Assembly (NCBI GenBank): GCA_041658985.1
Contig: JBAZZC010000005.1
Coordinates: 1 to 54,595 of the forward strand
Reading direction: 5' to 3'
Length of the DNA: 54,595 nucleotides
Source of the DNA: Minisyncoccota bacterium
GTDB taxonomy: Bacteria; Patescibacteriota; Minisyncoccia; Phycocordibacterales; DATDWN01
In this document: piece after piece, positions 8,929-17,022 of the stretch
How the letters are laid out: every line of letters begins with the position of its first letter
How positions within the stretch are numbered: the stretch's first letter is position 1
Notes under the pieces: model-generated
Seen by the model: the letters and a program-made list of their open reading frames with translations, nothing else
Database searches by the model: none
Told to the model about the DNA's origin: nothing
Position numbers and translations under genes: made by a program

Positions 8929-9306
8929 TTAATTTCTAAAAAAATTCACTATTTTGTTCCAAATACTAACCTTAGGACTGGTCGTTGACGCTTCTTTGTT
9001 TTCATCTTCAACAATAACCACCATATTTTCTCTTTCTTTTACCACATTAAATTTCAATCTGATTTCCTCCTCAATACCCGTATTAGTTTCAAGTTTTTCC
9101 ATTTTTAATTTTAATTCGTTACTTCTTTGACGTAATTTTTCCACATCTTGTAAAGACACGTTTTTCATATCTTCACTTATTCTATGTTTTTGATAAACAA
9201 CCCAGGTCGAACGAGCAACAATCAGAACAAGTAAAAAAAGAATAACTAAAGTAATTCGGTTGTAAGTCACACTACGAATCTTGCGTTTTTGTTGAAAATC
9301 AAGCAT
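8929..9306 (-). CDS. Septum formation initiator (FtsB/DivIC-like) protein
   Basis: The single N-terminal TM segment (ITLVILFLLVLIVARSTWVV) is followed by a coiled coil (VEKLRQRSNELKLKMEKLE) and KERENMVVIV. Confidence 0.55.
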   Translation of the reverse strand: MLDFQQKRKIRSVTYNRITLVILFLLVLIVARSTWVVYQKHRISEDMKNVSLQDVEKLRQRSNELKLKMEKLETNTGIEEEIRLKFNVVKERENMVVIVEDENKEASTTSPKVSIWNKIVNFFRN

Positions 9307-9316
9307 ACTAGAGTTT

Positions 9317-9401
9317 GTAAAGTCAAAAGTCTTTAAAGTCTGTAAAGTGAATTTGTGGCGTTGTCTTTGCTTTATAGACTTTATGGACTTTATAGGCTTT
9401 T
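9317..9401. repeat. Inverted arrays of an iteron-like 9-10-bp repeat (TAAAGTC / GACTTTA)
   Basis: gtaaagtc-aaaagtc-tttaaagtc-tgtaaagtg (9317-9349) is followed by a 15-bp spacer, then ctttgctttatagactttatggactttataggctttt (9365-9401). It lies directly upstream of the ftsB-like start at 9306. Confidence 0.7.
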
Positions 9402-9522
9402 AACTATTCTATCATGCTATTCGAGAAAAAAAACAAGAAAAAATTTCAGACAGTTTGGATAGTTGTTTGTGTACTGGTTATAATAAGTATGATTATACTC
9501 TATATCCCCGGTGTTTTTATCT

Positions 9523-9720
9523 AAGACTCCTAAATCTAGCGAATTTCTGCGTTGAAATTTCAAAAAATACCCGTTTCCTTACAGGAACAGTACACCTTTC
9601 GCATTTAGTAAAATGCTCAAGGTCTTGCGAAGTGATAACATCACTTCTCACCTTACGATAAGTAAGGCTTCTCGTATTTTTTCATTTCGCCTTGAACTTC
9701 ATCTAGATTTAGGAGTCTTA
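9523..9720. other. Structured element of about 200 nt (candidate ncRNA or MITE) closed by a perfect 18-bp inverted repeat
   Basis: taagactcctaaatctag (9523-9540) pairs with ctagatttaggagtctta (9703-9720). Internal perfect hairpins are gcattt-agta-aaatgc, gaagtgat-aa-catcacttc and ccttac-gata-agtaagg. There is also a second-tier pairing aaaaaatac / gtatttttt. The element abuts the stop of the MYG1-like gene (9721). Confidence 0.4.
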
Positions 9721-10608
9721 CTAACTATTTAAAGCAATCTCTGCTAGTTTTAGTATGGCTTCTTTTGTTTTGGCTACAGCAATAAAACGACCAGTGTGAC
9801 AAAAAACCACCCCAGGAACACCGGTAATTTCTTCCAATTCCCCATCTGTTTTACCTGCCCAAGTCTCTGGCAAATCTTTACGACTTGTAAAAGTTAACCT
9901 GTTATCTCGAATGGTTTTGATTATCCACACACCATCCTTCGGGAAAATAACAAACAGAGGTTCTGAAAATTTTGTCAAAAATTCTACAGCTGGATAATAT
10001 CTGTCAAATATAATTAATCTTTTATCTAAGCTTTCATTGTAGACTTTTTCGACTATTCCACGAACTTCCATTAGATTTTTTCTCTTTGTTATCTCTCTGG
10101 TCAACATAAGTTTAGCCAAAAAAACAGTTTCCATAAAAATATTATCTATATTATTATCACCCTCCTTCCAATCTGGAGTGAAGGTGTTAAAAAATAGACC
10201 TATGTCATATGGGTAAATATCAGGAATTTTTGTTTCAATAGTAATCATCCCATTATCTGTTGCGTCAATCCACTGTATAAGAACCTGGTCTATCTTTTCT
10301 GCAATCTCTAGATTGCCACACAACTTTTCACCATATTTTTTCCATACCAGCCCAAAGGCAGCATAGGGAATGGTATTTGGTCGAACACCAGCACCGCCCT
10401 CCTGATGATGGTCAAAACGATTTAAATCTTGGTTATATACCCCACCAACATCAACAACATAATCTGCTTTATTTATTATTTCCTTGTCTCTAGTACGTAC
10501 AACTTCAGTATTTTTCTCACCCAACTCTAACAGCAAGGTGGCCACGGAAAAAATATCATCCGTATGAAAACTCCCATTGTGTACAGCTATGGTAATTTTT
10601 TTATTCAT
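9721..10608 (-). CDS. MYG1/UPF0160 family metal-dependent hydrolase
   Basis: Signatures are IAVHNGSFHTDDIFSVATLL, RTRDKEII..ADYVVDVGGVYN and RFDHHQ. Confidence 0.8.
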   Translation of the reverse strand: MNKKITIAVHNGSFHTDDIFSVATLLLELGEKNTEVVRTRDKEIINKADYVVDVGGVYNQDLNRFDHHQEGGAGVRPNTIPYAAFGLVWKKYGEKLCGNLEIAEKIDQVLIQWIDATDNGMITIETKIPDIYPYDIGLFFNTFTPDWKEGDNNIDNIFMETVFLAKLMLTREITKRKNLMEVRGIVEKVYNESLDKRLIIFDRYYPAVEFLTKFSEPLFVIFPKDGVWIIKTIRDNRLTFTSRKDLPETWAGKTDGELEEITGVPGVVFCHTGRFIAVAKTKEAILKLAEIALNS

Positions 10609-10610
10609 AT

Positions 10611-11168
10611 TTATTTATTGTTCAACTTTTTATTATGGCTGTAATAAACATACTTCAAAACAATAATATAAACAAAAACTGAAAGAGACATAAAAGGTAT
10701 AGTAATGTATGAATATTCGTTTACATAAACCTTGGCACAAGCTCCACCCGAAGCGGTACAATCCAATAGCGACCCAAAAGAAAAACCCCATTGTATAAGA
10801 GACTGGTAGAGAGCAACTACTGCCCCAAGAACAGAAAGCGGAACCAGGTAATCAATGACCGTTTTGTCTTTGCGATACATAGCAAAGAGAACAATAATAG
10901 CCTGAGGATATAAAAACATTCTCTGATACCAACACAAATCACAAGCTGGAAAACCAACTATTTCCGAATAAACCAAACTACCGACAACAGCCGACAAAAT
11001 CCCCCAAAAAAGTAGCTCCAGAATATATTTGTGCACAAAACTATACATCTTTGCTCGGGTTTCAGAATGTATACCTATAACAACTAAAACAGCTACAAAA
11101 ATAACATTTGAAACTAGGGTTAAAAATCCAATTATTGGTGTGGCGTTTGTCTGAATAAAAGAAATCAT
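10611..11168 (-). CDS. Disulfide bond formation protein B (DsbB/BdbC family)
   Basis: Four-TM protein with CDLCWYQRMFLYPQ and a second Cys pair, CTASGGAC. Confidence 0.8.
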   Translation of the reverse strand: MISFIQTNATPIIGFLTLVSNVIFVAVLVVIGIHSETRAKMYSFVHKYILELLFWGILSAVVGSLVYSEIVGFPACDLCWYQRMFLYPQAIIVLFAMYRKDKTVIDYLVPLSVLGAVVALYQSLIQWGFSFGSLLDCTASGGACAKVYVNEYSYITIPFMSLSVFVYIIVLKYVYYSHNKKLNNK

Positions 11169-11187
11169 AAAATGAGTTATAAAGAAA

Positions 11188-11571
11188 CTATTTAGGGAGA
11201 ACGCAGTTGGTTTTTTCTGCCAGCTGTTCTAGGGTTACTTCTCCATTTAATCGGTCTGTGCTACTTGCATTAAATTGCCATGTTGGATAACCAGTGATAC
11301 CAGCATCTTTACAAACTTGTAGCTGACCCTGGCCGTCTGGTGTAGAACATTCTACATATGGAAGAAACCTCACGGACCGGCCAAAGAGAGCTTTTTGAGA
11401 CTGACAATGTGAACACCAGAAAGCCCCATAAAAAATTGCCCCCTTGTCTTTCAAACATTGTGCGAAGGTGTCATATTTATCGGGTCTGTTGGCTTTGCCT
11501 GGTGTAACAATAAGCCAGACAATCAGAGCTAAAAAAATCAAACCAATAAATATATAAATGTATTTTTTCAT
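11188..11571 (-). CDS. Membrane-anchored thioredoxin-like protein (VKOR/DsbB partner type)
   Basis: An N-terminal TM segment is followed by AIFYGAFWCSHCQSQKALFG (CxxC), YVEC and GITGYPTW. Confidence 0.7.
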   Translation of the reverse strand: MKKYIYIFIGLIFLALIVWLIVTPGKANRPDKYDTFAQCLKDKGAIFYGAFWCSHCQSQKALFGRSVRFLPYVECSTPDGQGQLQVCKDAGITGYPTWQFNASSTDRLNGEVTLEQLAEKTNCVLPK

Positions 11572-11627
11572 TATTTAATTAATTAAGTTGTAGACATACA
11601 ATATCATAAACTAAATTTGATTTCTAT

Positions 11628-11764
11628 ATCCGCACACTAATTCTGGCATAGTTGCCTAGTCTTTTTGTTTCAACAAATATTTAGCGTAACAAAACAATAA
11701 CACATATAATCAACATCATTTTGACAAAAGCAACAAAAGACAATGCCAGATTTAGTGTGTGGAT
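11628..11764. repeat. 137-bp inverted-repeat element, copy B (same family as 5759-5893)
   Basis: The left arm is atccgcacactaattctggcatagttgc and the right arm caatgccagatttagtgtgtggat. The interior also aligns with copy A (tataat block; agcaacaaaa before the right arm). Confidence 0.8.
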
Positions 11765-11774
11765 ATACACGAAA

Positions 11775-11806
11775 AGCCGGGACGAGGCGCTCACCTCATC
11801 CCGGCT
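11775..11806 (-). terminator. GC-rich terminator hairpin overlapping the stop of the high-GC orphan gene
   Basis: agccggga (11775-11782) pairs with tcccggct (11799-11806). On the minus strand it is followed by tttcgtg. Confidence 0.55.
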
Positions 11807-12384
11807 CTAAACCTGACGTCGGTCGGGATCGGCAGACGGATGTGAAACCCGTCTCTTTTTTTCGGCTGCTCTAGCCGAGACTGAAACAGTTCGGCGATCT
11901 GTCTGCCGAGTTCCCGAAGCCTCGCCGGATTGTTGTCGGCTGGAGTGATGAGAACGTCAGCCTTGAGTCGGCTTCCGTTTCTCCTTCCACCCTTCCTTTT
12001 TTTCTGCGTGATGGATACGTCCACAGAGACGTATGTCCCATTCCAAAAGAAGAAAGCATCCACCCCGTGGTAAATATCAAGAGCCATACCCCCGATTGCG
12101 AGATACAAAAAGAGGTGGTGGTGGGGTTGTCCCTTCACGTAAGATGGGAGTCCCTTCTGTACCTGTTTCCACAGGTCGTAGGAGACGCTCGGTCTTGGTG
12201 TGGCTGGGTTGTAGTTGTAGGCCCCTCCTGGCCCCGTGTTTCTCCCTCCAGCGTCAATAATTTCCTGCACACTGGGGTCGAAATTCTGATATGCGGGGGG
12301 CGTGAAGGATCCATATGGGCATCTCACCCCAAAAAAGTCTACTTCCCACTGTCTACCTGGAGACAGTGGTACTTGGGTATCCAT
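11791..12384 (-). CDS. Hypothetical protein, high-GC orphan (probable horizontal acquisition)
   Basis: 197-aa ORF in a segment visibly far more GC-rich than its flanks. A perfect SD, AAGGAGG (complement of 12390-12396), lies 5 nt before the ATG, and TTGACA lies about 50 nt further upstream on the minus strand. I recognise no family. Three overlapping alternative-frame ORFs are typical high-GC artefacts. Confidence 0.6.
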   Translation of the reverse strand: MDTQVPLSPGRQWEVDFFGVRCPYGSFTPPAYQNFDPSVQEIIDAGGRNTGPGGAYNYNPATPRPSVSYDLWKQVQKGLPSYVKGQPHHHLFLYLAIGGMALDIYHGVDAFFFWNGTYVSVDVSITQKKRKGGRRNGSRLKADVLITPADNNPARLRELGRQIAELFQSRLEQPKKRDGFHIRLPIPTDVRFRAGMR

Positions 12385-12503
12385 GCCTGCCTCCTTGGTT
12401 GGCTGTTCTAAAAGGAACCTTATAATATTTAATAGATAATGTCAATAGAACGTTTACAATCAAATATTATTTTCCATGGCAATGTTTATACTTCTTACCC
12501 GAA

Positions 12504-12560
12504 CCGTCCCACCCCAATCTAATCCGCTTTCCATCAACTCCGGGGCGGGATTGGGACGGG
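12504..12560 (-). terminator. GC-rich imperfect hairpin downstream of secA
   Basis: ccgtcccaccccaatctaatccgc pairs with gcgggattgggacgg across a loop of about 20 nt, starting 26 nt after the secA stop. Confidence 0.45.
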
Positions 12561-12585
12561 ACTCCGCTAATTTAGTAAAAACATA

Positions 12586-15084
12586 CTACTCATTTCGACC
12601 ATGACAATTTTTGTATTTAACTGGAACTCCATCTGATTTCTTCGCTCCGCACCAACACGGGTCATTTCTGCCAATTTTACTACCATCAGGTGCCCGATGA
12701 GTTTCCGATGATTTTGAAACTTTGGTCGTTAAGTTTTTTGTATCTTCCATTGTTTCAGTCAGCTGAACCGGAGCGTCATAAAACTTAATATTTGGCTGTA
12801 TCTGAGGAATTAGCTTCAAAATCTCCTGGCCTATGGCTATTTCCATCTCCTTGAACAACTTCAGACCTTCACGTTTATACTCCACCAGAGGGTCTCTCTG
12901 ACCGTAGGCGCGTAGATTGACACTAGACCGCATATAATCCATCACCTCCAAGTGTTCCACCCAATACATATCTATAGACTGCAAAATTACCCGCCTTAGA
13001 ACGTGCATGTAACCCTCATCAGCCGTAGTCAACCTTTCCTCAATTACTTTATTTTCCGTCTCACCTGAATTTATCATGACTTCCTTTATATATGACCTGA
13101 CTTTTTCATCATCCCCTATTAAAACGTCCCTGCGTCTTTCATAAACAATCTTTCTTTGAAAATTAAGAACATCATCAAACTCCAAAACGTGTTTTCTGGC
13201 ATCAAAATTAAACCCTTCTATTTTTTCTTGGGCATTTTCAATAGATTTTGTAATCATCCGATTCTCAATTGGCTCATCCTCCTTTATACCAAGCTTACCC
13301 ATCATATTTTTTATACCATCTCCCCCAAAAACCTTCATGAGATGGTCCTCTAAAGAAACAAAAAATCTCGTCTCACCAGGGTCTCCTTGTCTTCCAGACC
13401 TACCTCGGAGCTGGTTGTCTATTCTGCGAGCGTCGTGACGCTCCGTGCCAAGAACAAAAAGCCCACCTCTTGATTTGACCTCTTCGTAAGCCTCCTTGCT
13501 TCCAGGGTTTCCACCAAGCTTTATATCAACTCCACGACCAGCCATGTTTGTGGCAATGGTCACAGCAGAAGGCTTGCCAGCCTGAGCGATTATTTCACCT
13601 TCTCGACTGTGGTTTTTAGCATTTAAAAGTTCATGAGGAATACCTTCGGCTTTTAAATATTCTGAAAGCATCTCATTCTTTTCTATTGAGACCGTACCGA
13701 CAAGTACCGGCTGACCATTTTTATGTCTCTCTTTTATTTCTCGACTTATGGCTTTGAATTTTCCTGATTCGGTCTGAAATATGAGGTCATTGTGGTCTGT
13801 ACGGGCGTTGGGTTTGTTTGTTGGAATAGAAACTACGTTTAGACCATAAACTTTATAAAATTCCTCCGACGAGGTAAGAGCCGTACCAGTCATTCCAGCC
13901 AGTTTTTTGTACAAACGAAAATAGTTTTGGAAAGTGACAGAAGCAAAAGTTCTTGACTCCTTTTGAATTGGTACATGTTCTTTTGCCTCTATAGCTTGGT
14001 GTAAACCTTCTGACCAGCGTCTTCCCGGTTGAAGCCGACCTGTAAATTCATCAACAATAATAATTTCCCCTTCTTTAACGACATAATCCTTATCCTTATG
14101 AAACAAGGCTGTAGCCCGAATGGCCGTTTCTAGATGGTGAACATATTTGATGCCCTTTTCTGTATATATATTTTCAACCCCGAGAAGACTCTCCGCCTTG
14201 CTTATACCCGAATCAGTTAAAGATATGGTCTTAAATTTTTCATCCACTGTATAATGTTCTCCCCTGTCCATCTTTATAGAAATATCAGCAAAAGTCTTAT
14301 ATAGCTCGTCAGAATCTGTGGTTGGTATAGAAATAATCAGGGGATTGCGGGCTTCATCTATCAAAATCGAATCAACTTCATCAACAACAACAAAATTTGG
14401 CTCCTTTTGGCGGAGATTTCCGATTTCATGTTCGGTATTGTCCCGCAGATAATCAAAGGCAAATTCGTTATTTGTCCCATATGTAATATCGGCATGATAA
14501 GCTTCTCGTCTAGTAACTGGTCTTAGAAATTCATTGAACACTTTAAATGTCCCTGCCTCGTCTCTCTTTGTATCTAACTCTGTGTGAGTCTTGTCATATA
14601 TAAATGACTCATCATGATTTATAACACCAACAGTAATTCCCAAAAATGAATATATCTGACCCATGAGTACTCCATGCAGTCTTGATAGATAATCGTTTAC
14701 AGTAACAAGATGCACACCCTTTCCCGTCAGCGCATTTAAATATAGTGGCAACACAGCAACCTGTGTTTTACCTTCCCCAGTTTTCATTTCAGCAATACCA
14801 CCTCTGTGAAGAACGATGCCACCAATAAGTTGCACATCAAAATGTCTCTGACCCAGAGTTCTTTTTGTCACTTCTCGCACGACAGCAAATGCCTCAGGCA
14901 AAATTTCATCAAGAGTTTCCCCTTCTACCAACCTATTTTTGAACTCAGCTGTTTTGGCTTTTAACTCTTCGTCAGACAAAGCAGAAATAGCGCTCTCTAG
15001 AGCATTTATTTTGAGAACAATGGGCTGTATCCCCTTTAGGGCCTTTGATGATTCAGTACCAAAGATTTTTTCTAAAAACGCCAT
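12586..15084 (-). CDS. secA: Preprotein translocase ATPase SecA
   Basis: I place the start at MAFLEKIFG (ATG at 15084); the 22 upstream codons of the listed ORF overlap a leader hairpin. Signatures are MKTGEGKTQVAVLP, VTVNDYLS, DEVDSILIDEARNPLIIS, TNMAGRGVDIKLGG and the C-terminal SEC-C-type Zn motif CWCG...KNCHG. Confidence 0.95.
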   Translation of the reverse strand: MAFLEKIFGTESSKALKGIQPIVLKINALESAISALSDEELKAKTAEFKNRLVEGETLDEILPEAFAVVREVTKRTLGQRHFDVQLIGGIVLHRGGIAEMKTGEGKTQVAVLPLYLNALTGKGVHLVTVNDYLSRLHGVLMGQIYSFLGITVGVINHDESFIYDKTHTELDTKRDEAGTFKVFNEFLRPVTRREAYHADITYGTNNEFAFDYLRDNTEHEIGNLRQKEPNFVVVDEVDSILIDEARNPLIISIPTTDSDELYKTFADISIKMDRGEHYTVDEKFKTISLTDSGISKAESLLGVENIYTEKGIKYVHHLETAIRATALFHKDKDYVVKEGEIIIVDEFTGRLQPGRRWSEGLHQAIEAKEHVPIQKESRTFASVTFQNYFRLYKKLAGMTGTALTSSEEFYKVYGLNVVSIPTNKPNARTDHNDLIFQTESGKFKAISREIKERHKNGQPVLVGTVSIEKNEMLSEYLKAEGIPHELLNAKNHSREGEIIAQAGKPSAVTIATNMAGRGVDIKLGGNPGSKEAYEEVKSRGGLFVLGTERHDARRIDNQLRGRSGRQGDPGETRFFVSLEDHLMKVFGGDGIKNMMGKLGIKEDEPIENRMITKSIENAQEKIEGFNFDARKHVLEFDDVLNFQRKIVYERRRDVLIGDDEKVRSYIKEVMINSGETENKVIEERLTTADEGYMHVLRRVILQSIDMYWVEHLEVMDYMRSSVNLRAYGQRDPLVEYKREGLKLFKEMEIAIGQEILKLIPQIQPNIKFYDAPVQLTETMEDTKNLTTKVSKSSETHRAPDGSKIGRNDPCWCGAKKSDGVPVKYKNCHGRNE

Positions 15085-15874
15085 AATATTGCTAATTCTA
15101 ACACAATAAACCCCGTAGTGAAAATGACATTTTAATTTTTTTGTTCGCACTAGCGAACTATGTCATTTTCTACTATCGGGGAAACAAAAACCCATAGTAA
15201 CAACTATGAGTTTTTGTGAATCATTACGCCAGCTGGCGGATCGATTTCGAGAAACAGCAAATACTATGCTCGTTTCTTCTTTGCTGCTTTCTTCTTCTTC
15301 TTTGCTGCCATTTTATTTTATTGTTAATCGCCCTGTGACAGGCAACCAACATAAATTATTTTTCTAAAGTTTACAACGATAATAAAAAACTATTTCGTTG
15401 TTCCGACCTAAGTTAATTATAGTACATAAAAAAATAAAAGAAATATTTTTTTACAAAAAAGTGTGGATAACTTTTTTTTATAAAAATAAAAAAATTATTT
15501 TTAATTTCTAGTTTTTGATTTTTAAAAGAGATTTTTGCGCCAAGATGCGGTTAGCGGAAGCGAGCTCCAACAAATATCGTGTGAGTGCGAACCGCTAACC
15601 ACATCTTGAAACAACACATTAATTGTAACTAAACATTCATCACAAGACAAGATATAAAGAAAACCATAAACATAAAAGCCTCCTTGCGGAGACTTTTATG
15701 AGACATTTGTTGTTAGCACTTAAATACAATATTGCAAAGCAATCCTGTATATCAGCACCCACCCCAGTATTATACCAGATTACCAAAAATAATGCAAATC
15801 CTCTTATTATTTGACTTCTTATATAAATCGACGGTACGGTACTTAGCTATATAATATTATAATATAAGGATTTT

Positions 15875-15910
15875 TAGTACAAAAAAGTGCGACCGCACTT
15901 TTTTGTACTA
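15875..15910 (-). terminator. Palindromic terminator, copy 1 of the GTGCGACCGCAC hairpin family
   Basis: tagtacaaaaaagtgcg-ac-cgcacttttttgtacta is a perfect palindrome, 10 nt downstream of the 15920-16465 gene. Confidence 0.75.
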
Positions 15911-15919
15911 AACTAATTC

Positions 15920-16465
15920 TTAATCTAATTTGAACGACTTACGTAGATTTTCATCATAATCTAGTTTTTCCACAACCATATATCTTATGTTTTTACCAAA
16001 AGAAAGGTCTGTTTTTAATAGTTCAACAAACTCTACACAATCATATGGATATACCCAAACACTACGTTGGAGTTGGACAAAACCATAATCTTTTATCTCA
16101 TTTCTTAATAAATTTCTTTTAACCCTAGAACTTTCCCAAACATCAAAAATAACCACCCGCCATTTACCATCCCACCTCACTTCCTTTTTTTCTTTGATCT
16201 TATAGTAAGTAAGTTGCTTTTCACCTTTTTCAGTCAATGATAAAAATTGTTTTTTGTTGTTTATTTCTATTTTTATAAATCCATCTTTTATTAACTTTTT
16301 AGTTTTTTTGTTTAAATAATATTTTACATCACTATTTTTTTTGTTCTTGATAAAAGGTTTTAAGATTTGAACAGCGTTTGGAGCAAGAACGGCAAGAGCT
16401 AGTAGGCCAGTGGTTGCAACGGTCATTAAAATTATTCTTTTATAATCTATTTTTTCTTCATCCAT
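15920..16465 (-). CDS. Membrane-anchored PaaX-like (Cas2-fold C-terminal domain) putative regulator
   Basis: Contains an N-terminal TM segment (IILMTVATTGLLALAVLAP) and a winged-helix-like FLSLTEKGEKQL. The C-terminus is WDGKWRVVIFDVWESSRVKRNLLRNEIKDYGFVQLQRSVWVYP. Confidence 0.5.
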   Translation of the reverse strand: MDEEKIDYKRIILMTVATTGLLALAVLAPNAVQILKPFIKNKKNSDVKYYLNKKTKKLIKDGFIKIEINNKKQFLSLTEKGEKQLTYYKIKEKKEVRWDGKWRVVIFDVWESSRVKRNLLRNEIKDYGFVQLQRSVWVYPYDCVEFVELLKTDLSFGKNIRYMVVEKLDYDENLRKSFKLD

Positions 16466-16522
16466 ATGAAAGATACTTGTTTATATTTGATCTTTTTAGA
16501 TCTTTATTTTATCACAAAAATT

Positions 16523-16560
16523 ATTAGACAAAAAAGTGCGACCGCATTATTTTGTCTAAT
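16523..16560 (-). terminator. Palindromic terminator, copy 2 of the GTGCGACCGCA hairpin family
   Basis: attagacaaaaaagtgcgaccgcattattttgtctaat, downstream of the 16617-17018 gene. Confidence 0.65.
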
Positions 16561-16616
16561 AATGAACCATACATAAAAATAGTAAACATGCCAAACCTAT
16601 TGGTTTTATGGTAAAC

Positions 16617-17018
16617 CTATTGGTTTTTGGGAGTTTTGAGGTATGAGATGAGAATGATGAGAAAGGAAATAATAAGAAATAGGACGGACATAAAGAGAGA
16701 GACAACATCACGCGACATTGAGAAAAGTGATGAATCATATTCTGGAGATAGAAAAACCAGAAGTATCGTCAGAGGAACCCAAATGTAGGTAAACTTGAGC
16801 CATCTCTGAAAAGTAAGATTACTTATTAGTAAAAAAACAAGAGATAAAACAAGCCAGGTAAGAGAAAAGTAAAACATAGGCTTTCCCACCGAATGAGCAA
16901 GTGAACCAAAGATACAATACTTATCACTTTGAATACACAGCCCCAATATGTATGGGTTGATAAAAATACTGATTATTGTTAAACAAAAAGGAAAAAGCCA
17001 AGTTGTTTTTTTTGACAT
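16617..17018 (-). CDS. Polytopic small membrane protein, unknown function
   Basis: 133-aa ORF with four predicted hydrophobic segments. It is separated by 4 nt from the upstream large gene. Confidence 0.5.
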   Translation of the reverse strand: MSKKTTWLFPFCLTIISIFINPYILGLCIQSDKYCIFGSLAHSVGKPMFYFSLTWLVLSLVFLLISNLTFQRWLKFTYIWVPLTILLVFLSPEYDSSLFSMSRDVVSLFMSVLFLIISFLIILISYLKTPKNQ

Positions 17019-17022
17019 AAAT

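Noticed and set aside
9455-9661. 68-aa plus-strand ORF in the 414-bp gap.
   Set aside because: It has an unconvincing start context, a Cys/Leu-rich low-information sequence, and lies across dense perfect hairpins. The region is more likely noncoding structured DNA or RNA.
11871-12411. ORFs 11871-12080(-), 12033-12260(+) and 12067-12411(+), overlapping the 197-aa gene.
   Set aside because: High-GC DNA keeps several frames open. Only the 11791-12384 frame has an SD, a promoter-like box and a terminator.
15085-15150. N-terminal 22-codon extension of secA (MRTKKLKCHFHYGVYCVRISNI), and similarly the 22-codon extension of the wzt ORF (28082-28147).
   Set aside because: The conserved N-termini start at MAFLEKIFG and MEPIITAKNL. 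The secA extension overlaps a leader hairpin, and the wzt extension overlaps the 3' end of the wzm gene (which stops at 28140).
15300-15540. Chromosomal replication origin (oriC).
   Set aside because: I found only one perfect DnaA box. There is no dnaA/dnaN nearby and no box cluster. It is kept as a low-priority hypothesis, not a feature call.
16592-16632. Tandem AAACCTATTGGTTTT x2 at the 3' end of the 16617-17018 gene.
   Set aside because: It is a real 15-nt duplication seen in the sequence, but it is short and overlaps the stop codon. It is most simply a small slippage duplication or terminator stem and is not reported as a finding.
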